Shown in pieces: positions 7,811-15,273 of a stretch of 27,562 nt of DNA (its first letter is position 1; the number at the start of each line of letters is the position of its first letter). A program made the position numbers and the translations under genes. Under the pieces are notes generated by a model, which saw only the letters and a list, made by a program, of their open reading frames with translations, was not told where the DNA came from and did not search any database. Source of the stretch: a virus (taxonomy: Duplodnaviria; Caudoviricetes). Where the stretch lies: positions 1 to 27,562 of the IMG/VR virus record IMGVR_UViG_3300035199_001165; one strand, written 5' to 3'.

Positions 7811-8482
7811 ATGCGCGCTATTGCCATCGTTCTCGCTGCTCTAGCCATCTCCGGTTGCGCCGCCAACATGACCAAGGAGGAGGTTTCTCAGCCGCTACAG
7901 ATACCAGCGGACGCCAAGTCCCAGCTGGTCATTAATTTCAAGGGTGCGGGGAAAGTTACAGGAAGCGCCGACTGGGCACGCCTGAAATCAGCATGGCGGG
8001 CCGCACTGCAGAGCGAAGCGTCGACCTACGGTCTCGCGGTATCCGAACAGGCCGGCGAGGTCAGGTCCGGCACCACTCAAGGACTGCTTGTGGTGATCGA
8101 CGTTTCCGATTTCCGCTATGTCACCGAGTCCAAGCGTGCTTCTTTCGGCTTCTGGACCGGCAATGCCTGGGTAAATGCCGAGGTGACTTATCTTGATGCC
8201 CAGACGGCGCAGCAATACGGAGAACGGAACTACAACACCTCCTCCTCTGCTTGGGAGGGCGTCTTCTCGGCCATGACCGACGTGCAGGTGCAGGCGATCG
8301 CCAAGGACATGGTGGACGAGATCAGAGCGGCCAAGGAGATTCCCGGCTCCAGCCAGGCAACAGTTACCTCCTCATCTTCAGCGCCAGCCCAGTCGCGCGA
8401 GCAACAGCTGGAGCAGCTCAACCGGGAAGGCCTGAGCTACGAGGAGTACCAGCGGCGGTACAAGGCGATCACTGGGCAATGA
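7811..8482 (+). CDS. Lipoprotein (DUF4410-like) with a C-terminal SHOCT-like helix pair
   Basis: Lipobox ISGC, Ser-rich linker, C-terminal LEQLNREGLSYEEYQRRYKAI. Confidence 0.72.
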   Translation: MRAIAIVLAALAISGCAANMTKEEVSQPLQIPADAKSQLVINFKGAGKVTGSADWARLKSAWRAALQSEASTYGLAVSEQAGEVRSGTTQGLLVVIDVSDFRYVTESKRASFGFWTGNAWVNAEVTYLDAQTAQQYGERNYNTSSSAWEGVFSAMTDVQVQAIAKDMVDEIRAAKEIPGSSQATVTSSSSAPAQSREQQLEQLNREGLSYEEYQRRYKAITGQ

Positions 8483-8805
8483 TTCCGCGCGTTTTTGCCA
8501 CCTTTCTCGTTTGCTCGCTGCTAGCTAGTTGCGCAGCCACCACGACCATGTGCACCTCGCTGCCCTGCTACCCGGCTGATGCCATGAAGAGCTCGACGGA
8601 CGGGCGAGAGGCCATCCCAATTGATTGCTCAGGGCCTGGCTTCACTTTGGAAGAGTGCTATGCGCGGGCAGACGCTGTATGCGGACGCGCGGGTTACGAC
8701 ATCGTTGACAGTTTCAGTTCTGGCGGAACGATAACGTCGTCAGCCGAACTTCACAGCGGCCCAAACAGCCGCGCCATCATTGTCGCGTGCAAGCCAGAGC
8801 AATAA
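8479..8805 (+). CDS. Small Cys-rich lipoprotein
   Basis: ATGA overlap; MIPRVFATFLVCSLLASC lipobox; DCSG...CYARADAVCGRAGYDIV...IIVAC pattern. Confidence 0.7.
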   Translation: MIPRVFATFLVCSLLASCAATTTMCTSLPCYPADAMKSSTDGREAIPIDCSGPGFTLEECYARADAVCGRAGYDIVDSFSSGGTITSSAELHSGPNSRAIIVACKPEQ

Positions 8806-8873
8806 TCGCGGAAAGTACCAGCGGCGGTATAGGGAGATTGTGGGGCAGTGAGCATGACAGCGGACAGGATGCG

Positions 8874-9392
8874 ATGAGCGAAATCATACTCACGGATGAG
8901 CATATTCAATATCTGCTCACCGTTCCCAAGCGAACAAAGACGCCCAATGCACGCTGGCGCGTCCAGAAAAAATCTCGGCAACGCAACTACGAACTAGAGT
9001 CCGAGGACGGCACGCTCAAATTTTCCCTCTATCTGCGACAGAACATGCGAATCGCTGAGTCTTTCTCCTGCGGCCTGCTCTATTTTCATGCTGGCGGCGA
9101 AAAAGTGACCCTGGCCCGCTACAACGGTAGCGATCATCCGCATGACAACCCGCTAGATGGCACCCGCTCAGACAACCACTGTCATATCCATCGCGCAACT
9201 GAGCGCTATATGGCCATCGGGCGGAAATCAGAGCATTACGCAGAGAGCACTGAGCGCTATTCCGATCTCAACGGCGCTTTGCGGGCAATAGTCGAAGACT
9301 GCAGGATCTCAGGCATTCGTCTCGCCAACTCAGCGGACGAAGACGATAATGACGAAACAGACGAGCACCAGTTGGATCTAGACCTAAAGTGA
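8874..9392 (+). CDS. His-motif protein (DUF6978-like), partner of the DUF1828 gene
   Basis: AGGA RBS before ATG 8874; LARYNG-x2-HPHxNP-x7-HCHIH motif; acidic tail; GTGA overlap with the next gene. Confidence 0.7.
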   Translation: MSEIILTDEHIQYLLTVPKRTKTPNARWRVQKKSRQRNYELESEDGTLKFSLYLRQNMRIAESFSCGLLYFHAGGEKVTLARYNGSDHPHDNPLDGTRSDNHCHIHRATERYMAIGRKSEHYAESTERYSDLNGALRAIVEDCRISGIRLANSADEDDNDETDEHQLDLDLK

Positions 9393-10165
9393 ACATCGAC
9401 GTATCGGCCCTTCAGCAGCAGCTCTGCAACACGTTCTGCCAGGACGTGAAGGTCAGCCTGGGCGATGGTTTTGCGCGGGTCAACCTTCCAATGACAGGGC
9501 GCGATGGAGATGGCTTCGCCGCATACCTGCAGCCCATCCCTGCTGGATGGCGCATCTCGGACATGGGTACCACCATGATGCGCCTGAGTTATGAGAACGA
9601 TCTTTCGAAGCTGTTTACCGGCTCACGCGGCAAGCTATTCGAAACCATTCTTAAGGAAAGCGGCATTTCCGAGGATGACGGAGACCTCTATCTAGAGGTG
9701 CCGGCTGACGCCATATCGCGCGGATTATTCACCCTCGGGCAAGGTATCACTAGGGTTGAAGATTTGGGGCTGTGGACACACAGCCGAATCGAATCCACTT
9801 TCTACGAAGACCTGGCTGCCGTGCTGGAATCCATCCTTCCTCCAGAGCAGTTGGAGCGCGGTTATGTTGTCCCTGGCGTGCCGAATGGCGACTCGTATCC
9901 GGTCGATTATCTGATCCGCACCAAGGGTCGCCCGCTATATCTGTTCGGGGTAAACAACAAAGAGAAGGCAATGCTTACCACTATCATCCTGCAACACCTG
10001 ATAGCGGCAAAGCAGGACTTCGACTCAATGGTAATCTGCGCAAATATTGAGGATATCCCCAAGCTCGACAGGCGCAGACTGACGAATGCAGCAAACGATG
10101 TAGTCGCCACAATTCAGGACACTGACGTCATTCGAAGCAAAATCGAGCATCGCATCAGGGCGTAG
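9389..10165 (+). CDS. DUF1828/DUF1829-like protein
   Basis: P...DGD...WRISDMGTT N-terminal motif, followed by STFYEDL...YPVDYLI in a nuclease-like C-terminal domain. Confidence 0.75.
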   Translation: MNIDVSALQQQLCNTFCQDVKVSLGDGFARVNLPMTGRDGDGFAAYLQPIPAGWRISDMGTTMMRLSYENDLSKLFTGSRGKLFETILKESGISEDDGDLYLEVPADAISRGLFTLGQGITRVEDLGLWTHSRIESTFYEDLAAVLESILPPEQLERGYVVPGVPNGDSYPVDYLIRTKGRPLYLFGVNNKEKAMLTTIILQHLIAAKQDFDSMVICANIEDIPKLDRRRLTNAANDVVATIQDTDVIRSKIEHRIRA

Positions 10166-10181
10166 CCCACGACTCATTACC

Positions 10182-10212
10182 AAGCCCCGCCACCGAGCGG
10201 GGCTTTTCGTTT
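10182..10212 (+). terminator. Intrinsic terminator
   Basis: AAGCCCCGC-CACCGA-GCGGGGCTT followed by TTCGTTT. Confidence 0.8.
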
Positions 10213-10281
10213 CCGCCCTCCCTTTCCTCCTGCTCCGGCACTGGATAGCATTGCGCCATTAGCTCGCAGTGGAACCAAGGA

Positions 10282-10767
10282 ATGGCTCGCTTCTCCCTCA
10301 CGCAGGAACTCTCCCGCATCCTTCTTCGTCTTGGCCTAGGCCTCGGCTTTGGGCTGCTAATGTGGTTCGTCACCGCCCAGGTCATTACGCATACCTTCAG
10401 CAACATGCAGGAAGAGATGCTGGCCAAGAATCGGGCCGCTCAAGCGAAGGCACAGGCGCAACTGCGGGAAGTTCAGGCCCAGCAGGAAGCCAGACGCCTG
10501 CAGCGCCAGCACCGGCAGACAATGTCCGAGGAGGAGGCGCGACGCCAGGCCGCTATTGAGTCACAACGGGCTGTCGAGGCCCAGCGCGCTCGCATCGATG
10601 AGCAGCGCCAGCACGATGCTGCCTGGGAGAGCTTCTACAAGCCGATGCGAGGCTGCGAAATCTGGCAGAGCGACTCCCACATGGTGGAGTGCCAGAACCA
10701 CAAGATCCGCGCCAAGCGTGAATTCGAACAGAAGTGGGCGGCCGGCGAGCTCAGCTCTCAAGGGTGA
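10282..10767 (+). CDS. Single-pass membrane coiled-coil protein
   Basis: AAGGA upstream; N-terminal hydrophobic segment, Q/R/E/A-rich coiled coil, C-terminal two-Cys domain. Confidence 0.7.
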   Translation: MARFSLTQELSRILLRLGLGLGFGLLMWFVTAQVITHTFSNMQEEMLAKNRAAQAKAQAQLREVQAQQEARRLQRQHRQTMSEEEARRQAAIESQRAVEAQRARIDEQRQHDAAWESFYKPMRGCEIWQSDSHMVECQNHKIRAKREFEQKWAAGELSSQG

Positions 10768-11207
10768 GGCAACAATTGAAGCCACCAAAAGAAATCACTA
10801 GCTCGGCACATACTGAAGCCTGGTGGAGCAGCCCGGGCGTTCTCTATTTTCTTGGCGTGGGTGAGCCACGAATCGCCGTCAAGATTGGGATGCTCGCTCA
10901 AACGGGCGGCCAAACACTTAAGCAGGCAATACTGCGTCGTCTTCGGCAAGTCCAGTCGTCCAACCACGAAGCTGTTGAGTTGCTAGGCGTTGTCCTCTTC
11001 ACAGAGGGGAAGTACCCGACGCGATTGGCCGAAGTCAAAGAGCGTGAGCTGCATATCCAATTCGCTCATCTTCAGCGCTTCAAGGCTCACACCCGTGGCG
11101 CCGAGTGGTTCACCTGTGCGCCAGAGATACTGGACACGATCAGGGATATTGCCATCTCCCCGGATCTTCTAGGCTTGCCTAGGTACGCCTGCACACCTCG
11201 AGACTGA
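10764..11207 (+). CDS. GIY-YIG / T5orf172 (MUG113)-like protein
   Basis: GVLYFL...VKIG...RRLRQVQ...ERELH..F...GAEWF motif; GTGA overlap at 10764, although the start is uncertain. Confidence 0.72.
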   Translation: MRQQLKPPKEITSSAHTEAWWSSPGVLYFLGVGEPRIAVKIGMLAQTGGQTLKQAILRRLRQVQSSNHEAVELLGVVLFTEGKYPTRLAEVKERELHIQFAHLQRFKAHTRGAEWFTCAPEILDTIRDIAISPDLLGLPRYACTPRD

Positions 11208-11255
11208 CAACTGAGGAGCTATCCTTCGACAGCTCGAAACACTGAGGAAGAAACC

Positions 11256-11927
11256 ATGTGTGGCCGCATCGCCCAAGCTGGCCCCTTCAGCGAGATCGTC
11301 GCGCTGATCAACATCTGGACCGATCCGGTTACCGTCGAAGAAACAGGGCCCCGCTACAACCTGCCCCCGACTGCGAAGGCGCGCCTACTGAATGTCGAGG
11401 GCGATGACCTGGTGGCGCAGCGTGTGCGCTGGGGGTGGCGTCCACATTGGGCGACCGACAAACCGGCGCCGATCAACGCCAGGGCCGAGAAGGTCGCGCA
11501 TGGCCCCTTCTTCCGTGCGGTCTGGCCGCACCGGGCACTCTGCCCTATTGATGGCTGGTTCGAATGGGTGAACGAGGGGGGTCCGAAGAAGCAGCCCTAC
11601 TTCATCCGCCGGCGGGATGGGGCGCCAAGTTTCTGCGCCAGCATCGGCCAGTTCCCAGGAGGCGCCCATGAGCCCAGCGAACACGACGGCTTCGTGATCA
11701 TCACCGCGGACAGCCAGGGCGGCATGGTCGACATACACGACCGCCGGCCAGTGGTGTTCTCCCCTGCCCTCGCCCAGGAATGGCTCGACCCAGCCACGCC
11801 GAAGGAACGCGCCGAGGCGATGATTCTGCAGCAAGGAGAACTGTCGGATGTCTTCGAGTGGTTCAAGGTCGACCCGGCCGTGGGCAATGTGCGCAACGAT
11901 TACCCCAGTCTGGTCGAGCCAATCTGA
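11256..11927 (+). CDS. SOS response-associated peptidase (SRAP/YedK/HMCES family)
   Basis: MCGR N-terminus, PRYNLPP, INARAE, GWFEW, IHDRRP and VGNVRN motifs. Confidence 0.95.
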   Translation: MCGRIAQAGPFSEIVALINIWTDPVTVEETGPRYNLPPTAKARLLNVEGDDLVAQRVRWGWRPHWATDKPAPINARAEKVAHGPFFRAVWPHRALCPIDGWFEWVNEGGPKKQPYFIRRRDGAPSFCASIGQFPGGAHEPSEHDGFVIITADSQGGMVDIHDRRPVVFSPALAQEWLDPATPKERAEAMILQQGELSDVFEWFKVDPAVGNVRNDYPSLVEPI

Positions 11928-12027
11928 CGGCTGTGTGGAGGCCCTTCGTCGGGTTTCCTCAACCACTCTTCTACTGGAGTCCATATTGGGTGTCCGCCCA
12001 CCTGAGACGCACCTGCCGGAGGCCGCC

Positions 12028-12273
12028 ATGAACAGACGAGACTTCCCAGGGCATTCCGCCTGGACCGAAACCCGCATCAACGGCGATCACGTACTAGCCT
12101 TCGTCGCCATCCAGCCGCACAACAGTGAGGACGAACCTCGCTTTCACCAGGTCTATGACCGCTCCTACTTCGTACGCCGTTCGGATGCAAGCCAGGCAGC
12201 CGAAGACGCCCTGAACAAGCTGAAACAGATCGACGAGCACGGCCGGCCCTGGTTTAACTCAGCGGAATGCTGA
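12028..12273 (+). CDS. Hypothetical protein (81 aa)
   Basis: GGAGG RBS before ATG 12028. Confidence 0.6.
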   Translation: MNRRDFPGHSAWTETRINGDHVLAFVAIQPHNSEDEPRFHQVYDRSYFVRRSDASQAAEDALNKLKQIDEHGRPWFNSAEC

Positions 12274-12321
12274 CCGGTGAACTAGCCTTCCAATGCCGCC
12301 ACCAACAGCGGAGGAAGAACT

Positions 12322-12549
12322 ATGTCAGACCGGGAGAATATCCACGCCGCGCTCTACCGGATCGGTCAAAATCAGGCCTCCCTAGCCTGTGCCATCGCTG
12401 AGCTCGCCAGTTGGGCAGAACAGTGCGGGCAGCCAGAGATCGCGAACAGTGTGAGGTCGCGGTTGCATACCCTGCTGAGCAATGCAGATACCATTTCCCA
12501 GTCAATTGCCGACTTGGCCGACCCGCCCCAAACGCACACACCGAAGTAA
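12322..12549 (+). CDS. Hypothetical helical protein (75 aa)
   Basis: GGAGG RBS; followed by the hairpin GGGGTAGG...CCTACCCC (12554-12580). Confidence 0.65.
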   Translation: MSDRENIHAALYRIGQNQASLACAIAELASWAEQCGQPEIANSVRSRLHTLLSNADTISQSIADLADPPQTHTPK

Positions 12550-12632
12550 GCTCGGGGTAGGAGGGGCGCCGCCCTACCCCATCCGTGCGAGTTCGCGCTT
12601 CACCAGGCTCTGGTACTCCTGCGGCCATTTCA

Positions 12633-13076
12633 CTATCGACTGGCCTTCAGAAGATTTCTGGCTTTCGGCAATCGAGACTTCATATTCTCACTGGATGGCC
12701 CTAGGTGGTTCTTGGCTGCCAACCCATTTCGAACCATTGGCTGGGCGGCATAATCATCGGCGATGGCCTGCCAACGTTCGCAGGCGGAAATTTCTGACGC
12801 ATAGTCCTTTGCCTTTCTGCTGAGGATTGCTACTCGCAGAAAATAGAAAGGCGCCGCGCACAAGCGCTCACCTGTAGGTTGCTTCCAGTAATTGGCTTCT
12901 TCTGCCTCGCAACACCTGAGCATGGTGGGGAGGTCGTGTTTCCCGGTGTCTGCGTGCGCATAAGTAGGCAACCCATCGACTTTCGCCTGCAATCCCATTG
13001 AGTCCAGGGAAATCGTTTCCCGCGTAGACTCCCGGCGATCTAGTAAGCCCCTGAAGAACTCGATGATTCGGCCCAT
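12633..13076 (-). CDS. Hypothetical protein (147 aa)
   Basis: AAGGAGGT RBS; APFYFLRVAILSRKAKDYASEISACE looks helical-repeat-like; lies downstream of the DUF1654 gene. Confidence 0.7.
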   Translation of the reverse strand: MGRIIEFFRGLLDRRESTRETISLDSMGLQAKVDGLPTYAHADTGKHDLPTMLRCCEAEEANYWKQPTGERLCAAPFYFLRVAILSRKAKDYASEISACERWQAIADDYAAQPMVRNGLAAKNHLGPSSENMKSRLPKARNLLKASR

Positions 13077-13120
13077 AACACCTCCTTGGTGGTGGACCGA
13101 TCATTGTAGGTCGCTCGGAT

Positions 13121-13450
13121 TTAGAACGGCGCCTCGACCAGGTTCTGAACCACCATCTCATCCACGGGCGCCAGCTCCTCGGCTTGCTGATCGTTCTCGC
13201 TCTCCAGGTGCCAACGCAGCTTCACGCTGCCGTCGTCATTGAAGGTCATGTCGATTCCGTCTTCTTCGCTCAGCAACTCCATCACTGCATTCCAGGCCTC
13301 GTCGGTATCCGTGTCCAGCCGGTGAACCGTCACGCAGTGCTCCGCCTGCGCCTTGGGTGAATTGATCATTGCGGATACCCGAAGCCCCAGCTTTTCCAGG
13401 CCGGTGAGTTCGCGACGTTCGGATTGCTTCGGGGTTTCCTGCTTGGCCAT
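13121..13450 (-). CDS. DUF1654-family protein
   Basis: LEKLGLRVSAMINSPKAQ...VHRLDTD...W...DDGSVKLRW family pattern; GGAGAGG RBS before ATG 13450. Confidence 0.85.
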   Translation of the reverse strand: MAKQETPKQSERRELTGLEKLGLRVSAMINSPKAQAEHCVTVHRLDTDTDEAWNAVMELLSEEDGIDMTFNDDGSVKLRWHLESENDQQAEELAPVDEMVVQNLVEAPF

Positions 13451-13464
13451 GGGCGCCTCTCCTT

Positions 13465-13508
13465 TTACTGTATATCCATACAGTAATTTCTGAATCGTCT
13501 TACGGCAA
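13465..13508 (-). promoter_or_regulatory. LexA (SOS) box overlapping a sigma70 promoter
   Basis: CTGTATATCCATACAG at 13468-13483 (CTG-N10-CAG). Minus strand TTGCCG-N17-TACTGT has its -10 overlapping the box. Confidence 0.88.
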
Positions 13509-13543
13509 CCCACAGACAGCCACAAATTGCCTCTCATAAAAAT

Positions 13544-13586
13544 TATGGGAATACCCATTGACACTAAATACGGGATATCCCATATT
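13544..13586 (+). promoter_or_regulatory. OL operators and PL promoter
   Basis: TATGGGAATACCCATT (13544) and TACGGGATATCCCATA (13569) match the OR consensus. TTGACA (13558)-N17-CATATT (13581). Confidence 0.88.
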
Positions 13587-13712
13587 CACTCCAAGCCGAA
13601 CGCAAACGCGTCGGCAGCAACACAGACAAGCCGGACAGACCGGAACGCAGCGAGCAGCGAAAGCCGCCCCAGGCCCCGCCAGATTCAAACGGGACCGACC
13701 TGGGTACGAAAA

Positions 13713-13740
13713 GAAGGCGAAGACCTTCTGTTCTTTAACA
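13713..13740 (+). promoter_or_regulatory. Hairpin plus boxA antitermination site
   Basis: GAAGG-CGAAGA-CCTTC hairpin followed by TGTTCTTTAACA, one mismatch from the boxA consensus TGCTCTTTAACA. Confidence 0.7.
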
Positions 13741-13860
13741 GCAGATGGACGCCAGCGACCGACGCCAGTAGCGGGTCGCGGCGAGCAATACCGACAGCAT
13801 CACTGATGCGCCTTGGCGACAGGGCGCATTGGGATGCACACCAACCGCCAGGAGAGATAG

Positions 13861-14172
13861 ATGGCACGCGTATTCAGGTTTACCGAGGACGGGTGCGCAC
13901 CATCCACTCACGAAGAAGCGGAGAAGGTCGCCGGGTTCCGTCTTGATCGCCGGCTCAACTACTCGATCAACCACGACGGCGAAGTTGAGGAAGAAGGCGT
14001 GTGCACCCTTCGCTGCTCGGGATGCAGCTGTGGTTGTGAGGGTGGATGTGGCTGCGGAGATATCGGATTCGGATGCCGCGAGTGCGGCTACACCGGCAAG
14101 CGGCGCCACTACTTCGGATTCCCGGCAAGAACGCCCGAGCAGCGCAAAGAAGATCGTGAGTACTTCAAGTAA
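13861..14172 (+). CDS. Cys-rich hypothetical protein, first gene of the PL operon
   Basis: AGGAG RBS; CTLRCSGCSCGCEGGCGCGDIGFGCRECGYTG cluster. Confidence 0.7.
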   Translation: MARVFRFTEDGCAPSTHEEAEKVAGFRLDRRLNYSINHDGEVEEEGVCTLRCSGCSCGCEGGCGCGDIGFGCRECGYTGKRRHYFGFPARTPEQRKEDREYFK

Positions 14173-14270
14173 CCCCGCGGTAACGACACGGGGCGCCACC
14201 GCGCAACGCATGACGCCGAGCGCAGCAACGAGCAGGTGGGCCCCGCCTGGGCACCAGGGGCAACGATCAA

Positions 14271-14471
14271 TGGGGATGAATGCGCAGGCTGATGCGCAAG
14301 TGTAAGACCTGATGGGTGGCGGGAATGACTGGACGGAAAATGCTGAGTAAGCGCCCAAGTGTCCAGTGCCAGCCCAATAAGCAGGAACCGAAATCTTCGC
14401 CCCGGTGAAACCCCGGTGTCAGCTAGGTTCCTGATAGTCACGCCCGAGATCAGCACGGGCCATCCCCACCC
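14271..14471 (+). ncRNA. Putative tRNA-like structured ncRNA (~200 nt)
   Basis: Closing stem (T)GGGGATG/CATCCCC(A); D-like hairpin TGCGCA-GGCTGA-TGCGCA; T-like hairpin GCCCG-AGATCAGCA-CGGGC abutting the closing stem; internal stems ACTGGAC/GTCCAGT and CAGGAACC/GGTTCCTG. No convincing CDS in the region. Confidence 0.65.
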
Positions 14472-14555
14472 TCTTGCAGGCGATTCCTGGGGCTTCTAGA
14501 GCCAGACCTGAAGCATGGGAGGAAGCGCTCCCCGCCTGCACCCTCACCCTCATTT

Positions 14556-14579
14556 GCGCCTCCACACGGGCGCCTTTTT
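14556..14579 (+). terminator. Possible intrinsic terminator
   Basis: GCGCC-TCCACACG-GGCGC followed by CTTTTT. Confidence 0.45.
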
Positions 14580-14701
14580 GCCGGTACGCCGGCACCTATT
14601 CCCTTGAGCGCGCCAAGCGCGCACTCGGCGGCCACCTCGAACGATTCGACGAGAAGGAAGGTCGCTTCAAGTACATCCCACGCAGCCGCGAGGATTACCC
14701 C

Positions 14702-14992
14702 ATGAGCAGAACCGTTTGCCTCGACCAGTACGAACTGCAGGTCGAGATCACCCATTGCCGCGATGTCCCGCCGAACCCGAGCACCTGGGACAGCGACCTG
14801 GACTACTACGGCTACCAGGAAATGGAGTTCGAGGTCGTGTCCGGCCTGGTCTACGACGAGAACGACGAAAACCCGCAGGACCTGGGTCGCAACGGCTGCG
14901 CGGCGGTGGCGGAGCAGTACGCCGAAGAGATCGAGCAGAAGCTGTGGGATCAACTGAAAGACGAGCGCGACGGCGCCTGGGAGGCGGCATGA
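14702..14992 (+). CDS. Acidic hypothetical phage protein (96 aa)
   Basis: GAGG RBS before ATG 14702; WDSDLDYYGYQEMEF motif; ATGA coupling to the next gene. Confidence 0.75.
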   Translation: MSRTVCLDQYELQVEITHCRDVPPNPSTWDSDLDYYGYQEMEFEVVSGLVYDENDENPQDLGRNGCAAVAEQYAEEIEQKLWDQLKDERDGAWEAA

Positions 14993-15273
14993 AAACCACA
15001 ATCACCCTGTTCATTCATCAGCGCCCCGGCGAAGAGCAGCGCGCCCTGACCTGCGACCTCAGCGAATACGGCAGCTACGGTGCCCTGCTCGGGACTCGTG
15101 AAGTGGAAGTCGAGTGGGAGACGTTCGACCGCGACCCGGTGGAAGCCTTGATCGACACCTTGGAGCAGCAGGTCGAGAAGGAGCGCGCCGACTCGCAACT
15201 GCGCATCAATGCCTTGCTCGACAAGATCGGCAAGCTGCGCTGCATCGAACACCGACCGGAGATGCGCGCATGA
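14989..15273 (+). CDS. Hypothetical phage protein (94 aa)
   Basis: ATGA overlaps at both ends; GGAGG RBS; C-terminal coiled coil. Confidence 0.75.
   Translation: MKTTITLFIHQRPGEEQRALTCDLSEYGSYGALLGTREVEVEWETFDRDPVEALIDTLEQQVEKERADSQLRINALLDKIGKLRCIEHRPEMRA

Noticed and set aside
13501-13515. TACGGCAACCCACAG as a third OL operator
   Set aside because: The half-site spacing is wrong and it has several mismatches; it is better explained as the -35 of the SOS promoter.
13451-13946. ORFs spanning OL/PL (13527-13946, 13558-13806 and the extension of DUF1654 to 13564)
   Set aside because: They run through operators, promoters, the LexA box and the structured leader without credible RBSs.
14272-14470. 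Canonical tRNA gene, intron-containing tRNA or hammerhead ribozyme
   Set aside because: There is no TTCRA T-loop, anticodon arm or encoded CCA. CTGATGG lacks the conserved CUGANGA hammerhead core, and I could not identify group I intron elements.
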